From: Deltaproteobacteria bacterium
Lineage (GTDB): Bacteria; Lernaellota; Lernaellaia; JACKCT01
DNA: 64,000 nucleotides
Assembly (NCBI GenBank): GCA_027493875.1
Contig: JAOSJX010000006.1
Coordinates: 45,248 to 109,247, forward strand
Direction: 5' to 3'
Positions 10,629-20,929 of the stretch are shown here, piece after piece; within the stretch, counting starts at the first letter, position 1, and every line of letters starts with the position of its first letter. A program made the position numbers and the translations under genes. The notes beneath the pieces are model-generated. The model did not search any database and was not told where the DNA came from. It saw only the letters and a list, made by a program, of their open reading frames with translations.

Positions 10629-12747
10629 TCATGGTTTCCTTCCAAACAGGGACCGAATGGGGTCCTTCGACTCTTGTTCGCGCTGCTTTTCGAGCGCCGA
10701 CGTCAGATAGTGCACTTGGCGGCGCGCCTCGTCGTTTTTCGGATCCTTCTCCATAATCGACTGATAGACCTTGATCGCCGCTTCGGTCTTTCCTTGGTGC
10801 CGGTACACCTCGCCGAGCCATTCGCGATACGTCACGTTGTCCTGATCCAAACGAATGGCCTTATTCAATTTGGCGACGGCGTCGTCCAACGAAAAACGCG
10901 GGTTCGCGATCAACCGGTAAATGCCGTAGCCGGCGCGGGCATGGTATTCGGCCACCGCGGGGTCGAGCGTGGCGGCGCGGTCGAAGGCGTCCGCGGCGGT
11001 CCCGAGTCGCTCCTTCTCCGTGGCGATCAATCCTTTTGGAAGACCGCCTCCGCGTCCATTTTTCGCTTGCGGGCCTGCGCGTCCGGATCGTTCGAATCGG
11101 GCGCCGGCGGGCCCCCGGCCTGACGTGTGTACCGGCGCCGCGTAAGCGGGTCGGAGAGCGTGTCCCACGCTTCGTCAATTTTGCGCACGATCGCCTGAGC
11201 GCGCCGGCGAACGCCCGGCGGCGCGCCGGCCGGCAGCGCGTCGGGCGCGAATTCCGCCTTCGCTTTCTGGTAGGCCTTTTCAATTTCCTTTTTGGTCGCA
11301 TCGGGCGCGACGCCGAGCAGTTCGTAGTAGGTCGTCTCGCCCAGCGACGCGGCAACGCGCTCGAGGTTTTCAAAGGCGCCCGTTTCGGGCGGCGCGTCGG
11401 ACGACGGCGGCGCCTCGGGCTTGACGGCCGGCACGCTCGCCCGTTCCTCGGCCGCCTCGGCCAGACGGCACAGACCGGCCGCGACCAAGCCGTAGATCAC
11501 GCGAACCGTATCCATCAGTCCCAGCGCCGACCGCGCGACGACGTCGCCGAACGCGTGGCGGCCGTCAAGCGACACCGCCAGTGTCTTTTCCTCGGGGGTC
11601 ATCTCCGGCGCCGGCAGCAACGGATTTTTACTCGGCACGGGATGAAGATTCTTATGCCGGACAAACGACGCGTCGATCAATTCGGCCCTGTAGTAACGGC
11701 GGTATCCTTCCATGATCGCGCGGTACAGACCGGCTTCAAAAGTTGGCGTATTCTCCGGATAACGCACGTCCGGGCTCAACCGGTACGTCCCTTCCTTCCA
11801 CGCGAACAGGCTCGCTATTTTCGTCGCCGTCTGCGCGCACAAATAGCGCGTCAGCTCGCCCGCCGGAACGATGCCGCGGCTGATGAGCAAGGTGCCGACC
11901 TTCTGGCCCGTTTCCGCGCTTTCCTCGATCACGGCGCGGTACTGTTCCTCCGTGATCCGCCCGGAGGTCATGAGCAGGCGGCCGAGCGCCTCCTCGCGAA
12001 TATTCGATTGCACGAAGACGGGCTGCCCCTCGATGAAATAGACCTGCTTACTCCCCGGCGCGCCGTCCGCGCGCAACGCCCCGGAAAACCGTTGCTCGGC
12101 CAACGCCAGAAACAGCCCTGCGAGACTGGCCGGGCGGAAAATACCTTCCTCCGCGGGCCGCACCGTGCGCATCGCGGGGCCGGGCCGGTCAGGATCGTCG
12201 TCCGCAACCGCGGCCGGCGGCGGAGACTCCGCCGGCGGTTCGGGTTTCGGGGGTTCTTCCTTGGACCGGTCCGGCCAAATCGATTCGACGCGTTTTTTTC
12301 GGGCGCGGGCGCGATCTTGGCCTCGGGGGCCGCCGCTTCCTCCACTGCCTCCGCGACGGCGGGATCGCCCGCGCCGATGAGATCGATCAGAATCCGCGAT
12401 AAATCCGTGGCGTCAAACGGCTTTTGGAGGAACGCGTCGGCTTTGTGCTTTGTCGTGGCGGCGGTCCGGATCGCGCGGCTTTGCTGGAGCTTGGACGTCA
12501 CGACCACTTTGGCCCAATCCGGCGCTTGTTCCTTGACCAGTTTGGCCACCGCGAGGCCGCCGATGCCCGGCAGCAGAATCTCGACCATGACCAGATCGTG
12601 GTGCTTTTCGCGAAACGCCGCGAGCGCCTCGTCCGCGGAGGCGGCGGTGTCCACGCTGTAACCCATCTGCCGCAACAGCACGCCGAGATCCCGGCGTTCG
12701 GCCTCGTCGACCTCGACCAACAAAATCGATTTGGGCGAGGAGGCCAC
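10629..12747 (-). CDS. multidomain signalling protein: atypical REC – PATAN/DUF4388 – MshEN-like – J-like domain lacking HPD – C-terminal TPR; two apparent homopolymer frameshifts
   Basis: The REC (MASSPKSILLVEVDEAERRDL…VMVEILLPGIGG, ORF 11968..12747) joins across a 7-nt t-run at 12292-12298 to the linker and DUF4388/MshEN/J-like part (TYYELLGVAPDATKKEIEKAYQKAKAEFAPD, ORF 11027..12172). This joins across an a/t4 run near 11033-11036 to a TPR tail (ORF 10629..11168). The GTG start at 12747 has a GGGAGGGGG SD and abuts the stop of the upstream gene at 12748. Confidence 0.6.
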
Positions 12748-15019
12748 CTAGCCCCCTCCCAGCTTCCTCAGAGCCAGCCGAGCTTCCTCGTTGTCGGGAT
12801 TGCAGTGGAGCGCCTGTTCCAGGTGTTTGCGCGCGGCCTCTTTTTTCGCCCAACTGCGACGCAATCATCCCCAGGAAGTAGTGCCCGGCGTCCATCGTGG
12901 GATTCATCGCCACGCCTTTGGCGATGGCCCTCCGCGCGCGTTCGACGCTCTCAGCGTCGCCGGGGTCCCGCCGGTAGACCGCCCAGCCGAGGTAACCGTG
13001 GTACTCGGCCTCGTTCGGCGCGGCGTCGAGCGCCCGGTCGAAACATTCGACCGCCCGGTTGAAATCCAGATCGCGCAGGGCGTCCTCGCCTTCCTGAAAC
13101 GCGAGCTCCGCCTTGAGAATTTCGGCGACGTTTTCCGTCGCCGCCGCGGACTCGGACAGGTCCACCGCGGCCTCGCCGTCGTCCGCGAAAAGATCGAGAT
13201 CCTCATCGCGGGTGTCGCCGGCCGGCGCGAACTCGGCTTCCGCCTCCCACAACGTGTCGAGGCCGTCGAGCTCGTCGGCCGACGACGCGGCGGGCTTACT
13301 TTCCACCGGCGCCGCCGTCTCCGCGGGCGCGTCCTCGGTGCTCAAAGCGAGGGGCGGGAGGTCCGCGTCCAGCGGCGGAAGATCGGGCTCCACCGCCGGG
13401 CCGCCCGGCGCCGCGGCGGCGGGCGGCGACGCCGCGCCCTTGGCCAGGCCCGCGTCGTAGGCGGCGCGCTCGGTGGGATTGACCAGCGCCGTGTACGCTT
13501 CCGTCAAACGCATAAAAATTTCGTCGGCTTTCTTGCGGGTGGTCTCGTCCGCCGCCGAATACAATTTGTGATCGTGAAAATGTTTGGACAGCGCGAAATA
13601 GGACGCCTTGACGCGGTCCACCGGCGCGCTCGGCGCAATGGACAGGATTTCGTAAAAGTTCAACCGGTCGATGCGCGCATGCGCGCGGTTCACCTCGGCC
13701 CGGAAAGAGATGCGCGGGTCACCGGTCTTCGCGATTTTGTCCGTCCGCATGCCGCCCAACCCGGAGAGCGGCGTCGCGGCTTGCGCGTGGGCCGCCGCGC
13801 CGACACCCGGCGCGTGATCCTCGCCGCGGAAGCGGAGGGTTTCGAGCACGAGCAGAAGAAAGAGCGTCTGAAACGTTTCCGTGAGCGACAGGTTCGACCG
13901 CGCCACGATCTGGCCGACCGTCCGCCGTCCGTTGATGAGCGTGACGAACTTCATCGTCTGCGGCCCGAAACCGATTTTGTCGTCGCGGACGAAAGGTTCG
14001 TTCACGCGGACGACGCGCCGGTTCTTGTATTCGTTGAAAAACCCTTCCAGCCGCGACAGCGTGTAAAAACGTTTGATGCCTTCGTAAAGGATTTGAATGG
14101 GATCCACGTTGATCGTGAAATCCTGATTGATCTCGAAGCGCCCGGGACGGAAGCGGTAGCGCCCCCGGTCCCACGAAAAAACGGTGAGCACCTTTTCCAT
14201 CACGTGATCGTAGAGACCCTTGTACAAACCGTGCGGCGTAATGGCTTCCATTTCCAGGAGCACCTGGCCGTGCTGTTTGCCGGTCTCCAGCATCCGTTCG
14301 AGGGAGGCGTTGTACTGCGCGGTGGTAATGTCCCGCCGCTGCACGAGAAAACGCCCCAGGCTTTCCGTCGCCTGGTTGCTCGTCACCAGCACCGGCAGGC
14401 CCGACTGAAGATAAACGACCTTGCTGACGCGTTCCCGCTCCAGGCGCAGCGCGCCGGTCCGTGCGTACTTGTGCAGATAGAATAGGAGCTTCGGAAAGGC
14501 GATATCGCCGAGGTCGCCTTCGAGCCCGACCTTTTTCTGCGCGTCGATGGCCGGGTCCGGTTCGGGCTCGGCTTCGACCGCCACGGCGGCCGGCGCCGCT
14601 TCGCCGAAATCCTCCGCAACGGCGGTTTCCTCCTCCGGATATCGGCCGTCGCCGAGGAGTTCGTTAATGAGCCGTTCGAGCTCGCCCACGTTCACCGGCT
14701 TTTCCGTGTAGGCGTCCACACCCACCTGACGCCGGGCCTCGTATTGTTCGCGGAATTGCCCGTACACGGTGGACATCAAGATGATCTTGACGTCCCGGCC
14801 CTCGCGCATGGACTTCACTTCCTGCGTCACCTTGAGGCCGGTCATGCCCGGCAGGAGCGCGTCGAGGATCATGAGGTCGGGCGTGACGTCCGGAAATTGG
14901 GTCACCACGTCGCGGCCGTTCTTGAGCCAGGTCACCTGAAAGCCTTTCGCCGAGAGAAGGTCGTTGAGCACCTCGAACTCGGCGTAATTGCTTTCTCCGA
15001 CCAGAACGCGTTTGGACAT
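12748..15019 (-). CDS. multidomain signalling protein: REC – PATAN/DUF4388 – MshEN-like – J-like domain (HPD replaced) – acidic linker – TPR; one apparent frameshift
   Basis: ATG at 15019 with AGGA upstream. REC MSKRVLVGESNYAEFEVL…LMILDALLPGMTGL. DUF4388 FPKLLFYLHKYARTGALRLE. J-like NFYEILSIAPSAPVDRVKASYFALSKHFHDHK. TPR EYHGYLGWAVYRR…AGHYFLGMIASQLGEK. It then continues in the neighbouring frame (EAARKHLEQALHCNPDNEEARLALRKLGGG*) after the t6 run at 12841-12846. It is listed by the ORF track as part of one 1231-aa ORF 12413..16108. Confidence 0.65.
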
Positions 15020-15029
15020 GGCGAAAATC

Positions 15030-15985
15030 CTACTCGATTTCTCCGCACGCTTCCACGAGCGCGGCGGCCAGAAGCGGAAACAGAATCTCGTGATGGCCCG
15101 TGATGTGAATGCCGCGTCCCCCGGCCGCGTCGGCCGGTGGACGACATTGGTCAGGGGCCGGTAGTGCCGCAGAAAATCCAGGTTGACCGTCGTGATCGGC
15201 GAGAGCTTCCGGCCCGCGTTGCGCGACGCGGAAACCGCCTTCAAAAACACTTCGGGCAAAAGAACGGCGGAGCCAAGGTTGATGTAGACCCCGCCATCCA
15301 GATCCGACACGAGCGTGACGAACCGCGCGAAGTCGCGGCCGGCCAGCGCTCCGAGTGCGGCGAAATCCAGTTCCGCGGCGAGGTGCGTGACGTCGGTGCC
15401 GATCGCCACGTGCGCGGTGGCCGGCGTTTCCGTCTCTTCACAAAAAGCCAAAAGACTGTGTTCGCGGTATGGCGCGTCCAGCGACGCGATGCCGCGGCCC
15501 ACCGCCTCGGCCAGGCCCAAACCGGCCTCCGCGCCCTCTTTGACGAAACGCGCCAGATCGCGGCCCGTTTCGTGCGTGACGCCGAAGGAACCGTCCGCGA
15601 GCGCGGCTTCCACGTCCTCGCTCGTTTTGCCGGCGACCGCGCTTTCGTAATCGTGCACGAGCACGGCGCCGTTCACCGCCACCGCCGTGAGAATTTTCCG
15701 GCGGATGAGGTCGATAATCAGCGGCGAGAGGCCGACTTTGACCGGGTGCGCGCCCATCCCGAGAATCACCGGCCGCCCGCGTTTGCGCGCCTCGCACACC
15801 GCCGCGACGACGGCGCGCAGATCGCGCGCGGCCAGATGGTCCGGCAGCGCGTTGAGAAACTCGGCGAAGGTCGCGCCCTCGCGGTGCGGCTGGCCGAGTT
15901 GTTCGAGTTCCACCAGGCTCGGCCGCGTGTCGAGGCTCTGCCGCGTGAGGCGGGAGAAATCGAAGGGCGGGACGCGGTTGCTCAT
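15030..15985 (-). CDS. deoxyhypusine-synthase-like (DHS-like NAD-binding fold) protein, family assignment tentative; apparent frameshift at c5 run 15118-15122
   Basis: Start [10 protein letters not shown] at 15985 overlaps the upstream stop as ATGA. The C-terminal [30 protein letters not shown] (other frame, stop 15030-15032) resembles the GGGIIKHHI…VFPLL C-terminal region of deoxyhypusine synthases. Confidence 0.4.
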
Positions 15986-16584
15986 GCGCCGTCCTTCCCG
16001 CCGAACATCGTCTGTTCGACCAGACCGCACAGCAAATGCCCGATCGTGATGTGCACCTGCTGAATGATCGGGGTGTCCGGGCTTCGGACGATCAGAAGAT
16101 GATCGCACACGTCGCCCATGCGTCCGCCGTCGCGGCCGGCGAGACCAATGGTGACGGCGCGACGCGACCGGGCCGCGGCGAGGCCGGCGAGGACGTTGGC
16201 GCTTGTTCCCGACGTCGAAATCCCGACCACGGCGTCCCCTTCGCGCACGAGCGCCTCGACCTGCCGCTCGAAAATCTTATCGAACCCGAAATCGTTGCCG
16301 ATCGCGGTCAGCGCGGAGGTATCGGTCGTCAGCGCCACCGCCGCGAGCGCGGGCCGGTTGATGAGATAGCGGCCGGAGAGTTCCGCGGCGAGATGCTGGG
16401 CGTCGGCGGCGCTGCCGCCGTTGCCGAAGAAAACGACTTTGCCGCCGCCGCGCAGCCGCCGCAGCGAGCCGTTCCGCCACGCCGGCCACGCTATCCGCGG
16501 ACTCGCGAAAAAAGCTTCTAGCGCCTCGGCGCTGGCGCGAGCGTATCGCGCGATCTCGCGCGACGCGATGTCGGCCCCGCTCAC
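15982..16584 (-). CDS. SIS-domain protein, phosphoheptose isomerase GmhA / DiaA-like
   Basis: [26 protein letters not shown], the [11 protein letters not shown] motif and a typical ~200 aa length. Confidence 0.8.
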   Translation of the reverse strand: MSGADIASREIARYARASAEALEAFFASPRIAWPAWRNGSLRRLRGGGKVVFFGNGGSAADAQHLAAELSGRYLINRPALAAVALTTDTSALTAIGNDFGFDKIFERQVEALVREGDAVVGISTSGTSANVLAGLAAARSRRAVTIGLAGRDGGRMGDVCDHLLIVRSPDTPIIQQVHITIGHLLCGLVEQTMFGGKDGA

Positions 16585-16681
16585 AAGATACTCCCGCCGC
16601 GTTGCGTGTGATGCCTGCTAAGACGGCAAAAATAGTGGGTAAATCGACGCGTCGTCAAGCGAACGCCCGGCGGGGGCACCA

Positions 16682-19618
16682 CCGATAAAGCTCAACACCC
16701 GCAGCCGCCGCAACCGCCGTGGAATTGTTCCCGCCGCTGACGCTGCCGTCCTCGTCGTCGTCGTCCGGTGTGATCGGATCGGCCGCGCTGTCGTCGTCAT
16801 CCGCGTCGTCGTCGGGCGGAAAAAATGTCGTCGTCGCCGGCCGAATCGTCGTCCGACGTGTCGTCGTCGCCCGTATCGTCGTCCGCCGGAATCGTGGTGG
16901 TCGTCGTCGACGTCGTCGAGACCGTTGTGGTGGACGAACTGGTCGTCGGCGGAACGGTTGTGGAGGACGTTGTCGTTGTGGTCGAGGAACTGCTTGTCGT
17001 CGTCGAGCTTGATGACGTCGTGGTCGTCGAAGACGACGTCGTCGTGGAGGACGAGGACGTGGTCGTCGTACTCGATGAGGTCGTCGTGGTCGATGAGCTT
17101 GAAGTCGTGGTCGTGGAGGAGCTCGTCGTGGTGGTCGAGCTGGAAGATGTGGTCGTGGTCGAACTGGACGTTGTCGTTGTGGTCGAGGAACTGCTTGTCG
17201 TCGTCGAGCTTGATGACGTCGTGGTCGTCGAAGACGACGTCGTCGTGGAGGACGAGGACGTGGTCGTCGTACTCGATGAGGTCGTCGTGGTCGATGAGCT
17301 TGAAGTCGTGGTCGTGGAGGAGCTCGTCGTGGTGGTCGAGCTGGAAGATGTGGTCGTGGTCGAACTGGACGTTGTCGTCGTAGAGGAACTGCTGGTCGTC
17401 GTTGTACTCGACGACGTGGTGGTCGTCGACGAACTCGTTGTCGTCGTCGACGAACTTGTGGTCGTCGTGGAACTGGAGGTTGTTGTCGTTGACGAGGACG
17501 TGGTCGTGGTCGACGAACTCGTTGTTGTTGTCGATGACGACGTCGTGGTGGTCGACGAACTCGTTGTCGTCGTCGACGAACTTGTGGTCGTTGTGGAACT
17601 GGAAGTCGTGGTCGTCGACGAGGACGTGGTTGTGGTCGACGAGCTTGTGGTGGTTGTGGAGGAACTCGTGGTCGTGGTTGAAGACGACGTCGTGGTGGTG
17701 GAAGAGGAGCTCGTCGTCGTTGAGGAACTGCTTGTCGTTGTCGTTGAGCTGGACGTCGTCGTCGTGGAGGACGACGTGGTGGTCGTCGACGAGCTTGTGG
17801 TGGTTGTGGAACTGGATGATGTGGTCGTGGTTGACGACGAACTCGTGGTCGTCGAAGAACTGCTTGTCGTCGTTGAAGAACTCGAGGTGGTTGTGCTGCT
17901 CGACGTCGTCGTGGTGGACGAGGTCGTGGTCGTGGAAGAACTCGATGTGGTCGTTGTGGTGGAGGTCGTGGTCGTCGTCGTGACGACCGGATCACCCGGA
18001 ATCTCGCCCCACCACGTCGCCCAGCGGTCCCACCCGCCGCCGGGCGTCGCCGCGTATTCCTGAATCGTCCAGAACGTCGTGTCGTCTTCCGGGTCCACGA
18101 CGGTGTTGCTGTAATCGCCCCAGCGATTCCGTGTGCCGCTGTAGATTTTGTAATAAGGCGCTTCCCCGGCCTTGAGCACCGTATCGTCGCGCAAGACGCC
18201 CGCGGCATCCGTATCGTAGCGGAACGAATAGTTGCCGCCGGCGTACTGCGTTTCGGAAAACCGCGAGTAACCGATGACCGCGTTGTTGTATTGGTTCACC
18301 GCCATGCTGGGATACGCGTAAAACAAGTTTGCCGTGCCGTCGTCGATCCGGCCCTCTTGAACGCGCGAGATGGTCGACGGATTGATTTCCCACCATTGAA
18401 TGGACGACCGCGTCGGCGAGAAGGACGGCAGGAAGATCGTGTGCGTCGCCCAAAGGCTCCCGTTCCGGTAGACCAGCGTCTGCATCCGGTGATCGTTGGT
18501 CGTGATGCCTTGCACGGAATCGAGCTGCGGCGCGAAATCGTTTCCGGCGCTGCCGGCCCAGGTCCCAAGGGCGCTGCCGATCGCTCCCATGTACGAAATC
18601 GACTCCGAACCGATGGCGCCGGTGATTTGATAGAGACGGACTTCCCCGACAGCGAGCGCAGCACGTAGATCCGGTCGAGGGACGCGTCGAAGGTCTGCGC
18701 GGGGACCATGGTGAACTGCGGGTAGTCGATCCGCGTGTAGTCGACGGCGCCGCCGGCGTAGAGATCGGCCTTGTCGAAAACGAACAGGTACGTGGTCGAA
18801 TACGCATTCCCGCTGATGGTGAACATGTTCACCGAGACGACGACCCAGTCCTTGTTGTAGCCGAAGCTCGGATAATCGACCCACAGCGTGTTCCCCGAAT
18901 CCCCGTCGAGGAAGTAGAGATACCAGGTTCCCGTCGGGTCATCCGTCGCCGACGCGCCGATGAGCACGCCCGAGGTCGACGACGCGGCGTTCGCGCACGC
19001 GGTGAAAATCCACCGGCCCGACAGCTGGTCATAGAGCACCTTCGGATCGAACGCGTCGGCGCCGAGGGAACTCCAGAACACATCCAACGTCACCGTCCCG
19101 AGATTCGTTCCGGTCTTGCTCTGGATGCGCACCTGCGAATTGAGCACGGTCATCAGGTGATCGGGGCCGGCGGCGCCGTGCGTGTCCGGGGGAATCGTCG
19201 TGTTGTTGTCGAGCAGCGCCTGGAAGCTCGACGTGGGCGAAGGGCCGGGTACCAAGGGCGGAGGTCCGGCTTTTTCCGGCCCGCCGCGCTCCGGAAGCGG
19301 CGCGGCATCGTCATTCAAATAGTAATCGACCCACGGCGCCTCGCCTTCGTAGATCGGCGGGCCGACCGCCGCTTCCTGCATGACGAGATCGGAAAAATCG
19401 ACGACCGCGCTCGCGCGGATCTCGAGACGGGTTCCGGGGACCGGGCCGTCTTCCTCGATTTCGTCAAGGTTGACGCCGCCGCCGTCGGGATCATGCTCGA
19501 CGGTGATGTCGTCCGCGGACTCTTCCGCCGGTCCGTCATCCAACGAAGGATCACAGGCCGCGCCGGCCAAAACGACCAGCGCGCACAGAACGAAGAAAAT
19601 AGGATGACGAAGTTTCAC
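16682..19618 (-). CDS. giant secreted lipoprotein with a mucin-like Thr/Ser repeat region (~330 aa of TTTTSSS repeats) and an Asp-rich C-terminal tail ending …GGCGGCGC*; at least three apparent frameshifts
   Basis: Lipoprotein signal MKLRHPIFFVLCALVVLAGAAC at 19618. The globular domain runs across ORF 18296..19618 then ORF 16797..18884, joined at a g4 run near 18640. The T/S repeats are at ~16940-17990. The tail …IPADDDTGDDDTSDDDSAGDDDIF then continues, after an a6 run near 16810-16815, as PPDDDADDDDSAADPITPDDDDEDGSVSGG. A further 1-nt shift gives HGGCGGCGC with a TGA at 16682-16684. Confidence 0.6.
16940..17990 (-). repeat. tandem coding repeats (Thr/Ser-rich, ACG/TCG codon arrays) including exact ~200-bp tandem duplications (17001-17200 ≈ 17201-17400)
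   Basis: Long arrays of gtcgtcgtc/gaggacgac-type units, with whole blocks repeated verbatim. All three minus-strand frames stay open across it, producing artefactual Pro/Arg-rich ORFs; the plus-strand frames produce Val/Glu/Asp-rich ORFs. Confidence 0.8.
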
Positions 19619-19665
19619 CGCAAAGCACCGATCCGATAAGGCGGCGTATTATAGAGGATGCGCGT

Positions 19666-20268
19666 CTAAAAAAGCAGTCCCAGACGGACCAACCCCGCGT
19701 AGAAAGAATACACGTCGACCTTATTGTCGACGTCCGCGCCGGTGGCGAATTCCATGTCCGTCCAGGTCACCGACGCGCGGCCCGCCAACCCGAGGGTGAC
19801 GCCGCCGGACACGTAAAAGTCCAGCCCGAGTTGCGCCAGGCCGCCGAAACCGTGCGAGTCCAGCGAATCCTCGTCCGTTCCCGATCCTGCGGGATACCGG
19901 GCCTCGTAGGACGTCCAGGCGAAAAACGGCGCCAACGTCAAATACGGCGATACGTGCCGGCCGGGAAGGCTCAAGCGCGGGCCAAGCGAGACGACGCCGT
20001 GCGTAAGTTGAAGCTGGCCGTATTTGTCCTTGTCCGATTGCTCGTGCTCCGAATAGAGCACATCCCATTCCAAGCCGACGTAGTCCGTCGCCCCGTAGCC
20101 CATGCCGGCGCCGAACGCGAAGTCCGCTTGAAAAAGCTCGCCGAGCTTGCCGTCGAGCACCACGCCGCCGCCCTGAACGAAAAACAGCGCATCACCCCGC
20201 TCCAGAGCGTACGAGGGGGCGGCGGAAAAAGCGATGAACAGAAAAATAATCGCCGTGATACGTCGCAT
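19666..20268 (-). CDS. outer-membrane beta-barrel protein (OmpW/OmpA-like small porin family), signal peptide
   Basis: MRRITAIIFLFIAFSAAPSYA signal, alternating amphipathic strands and a C-terminal …YAGLVRLGLLF* ending in Phe. Confidence 0.6.
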   Translation of the reverse strand: MRRITAIIFLFIAFSAAPSYALERGDALFFVQGGGVVLDGKLGELFQADFAFGAGMGYGATDYVGLEWDVLYSEHEQSDKDKYGQLQLTHGVVSLGPRLSLPGRHVSPYLTLAPFFAWTSYEARYPAGSGTDEDSLDSHGFGGLAQLGLDFYVSGGVTLGLAGRASVTWTDMEFATGADVDNKVDVYSFYAGLVRLGLLF

Positions 20269-20279
20269 GGGCACCGACG

Positions 20280-20904
20280 CTAGAAGCGCAATTCCAGACG
20301 CCCCGTGATCGCGAGATCGTTCAGCGCCGTGGTGAAAATCTTTTGTACGAAAATATACTCGTAACGCACGCGCGCGCCGAGGAGAATCCGGTCGAGGGCG
20401 CGGCTCTTTTCGGCCTCCCAGAGCGTGTAATCGACGCCGCTGCCGAGGTTGACCATCACGTCCTGTTCCCAAAGTTTGTTCACCGTGGACTCGGGCTCGT
20501 ATTTGAGCGCGGCCAGCCCGAAGCCGCCGGAGATATACGGCAGGAAACGGCGGCCCGAGAAAAAGTACCCCCATGTTGCCGCACCAGGTGTCCATGGTGA
20601 GGTTGAAGACTTCGACGTCGCCGGTGTCCAGGTCGGTTTTTTCGCCGTGGCTTCGGCTGTGGAGATAATTGATCTCGAAACTGACGTTCCGCGCCCATTC
20701 GAAATCGACGATCTGCGTGAAGGTGGCGCCGTAGGCCGCGGCGGGGTTGACGCGGATTTCCTTTGCCGTTTCCTCGTAGGCGAAAAGCCAGCGTCCGCCG
20801 CCCTCGACGGCGGGCATGGCCTTGAAATCCTTCGCCGGCGCGCGGGCCGGCAGGCCGAGCGCCAAGGCCGCGAACATTACGATCGCAAGCCTTCTCCTGG
20901 CCAC
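20280..20904 (-). CDS. outer-membrane beta-barrel protein (paralog); apparent frameshift at c5 run ~20569-20573
   Basis: The signal MARRRLAIVMFAALALGLPARAPA and …FNLTMDTWCGNMG (ORF 19666..20904 frame) continue in ORF 20280..20483 (…NKLWEQDVMVNLGSGVDYTLWEAEKSRALDRILLGARVRYEYIF…LELRF*). Confidence 0.55.
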
Positions 20905-20929
20905 GCTTCCTCCTTCGCCGCCCGGCGCC

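Noticed and set aside
10629-15019. Annotating the J-like proteins as DnaJ/CbpA co-chaperones
   Set aside because: The HPD tripeptide is absent (APD / HDH), and there is no G/F region, zinc finger or DnaJ C-terminal domain.
12413-16108. Single 1231-aa ORF
   Set aside because: It actually contains two genes and part of a third (DHS-like 15030..15985, REC-PATAN gene 12748..15019, plus read-through junk). Internal starts with SDs, an ATGA coupling, and frame switches show this.
16655-18208. 517-aa Pro/Arg-rich ORF, together with the plus-strand Val/Glu/Asp-rich ORFs 16825..18063, 16925..17383 and 17402..17983
   Set aside because: Alternate-frame and antisense readings of the Thr/Ser tandem repeats. 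Only the TTTTSSS frame joins the flanking conserved sequence.
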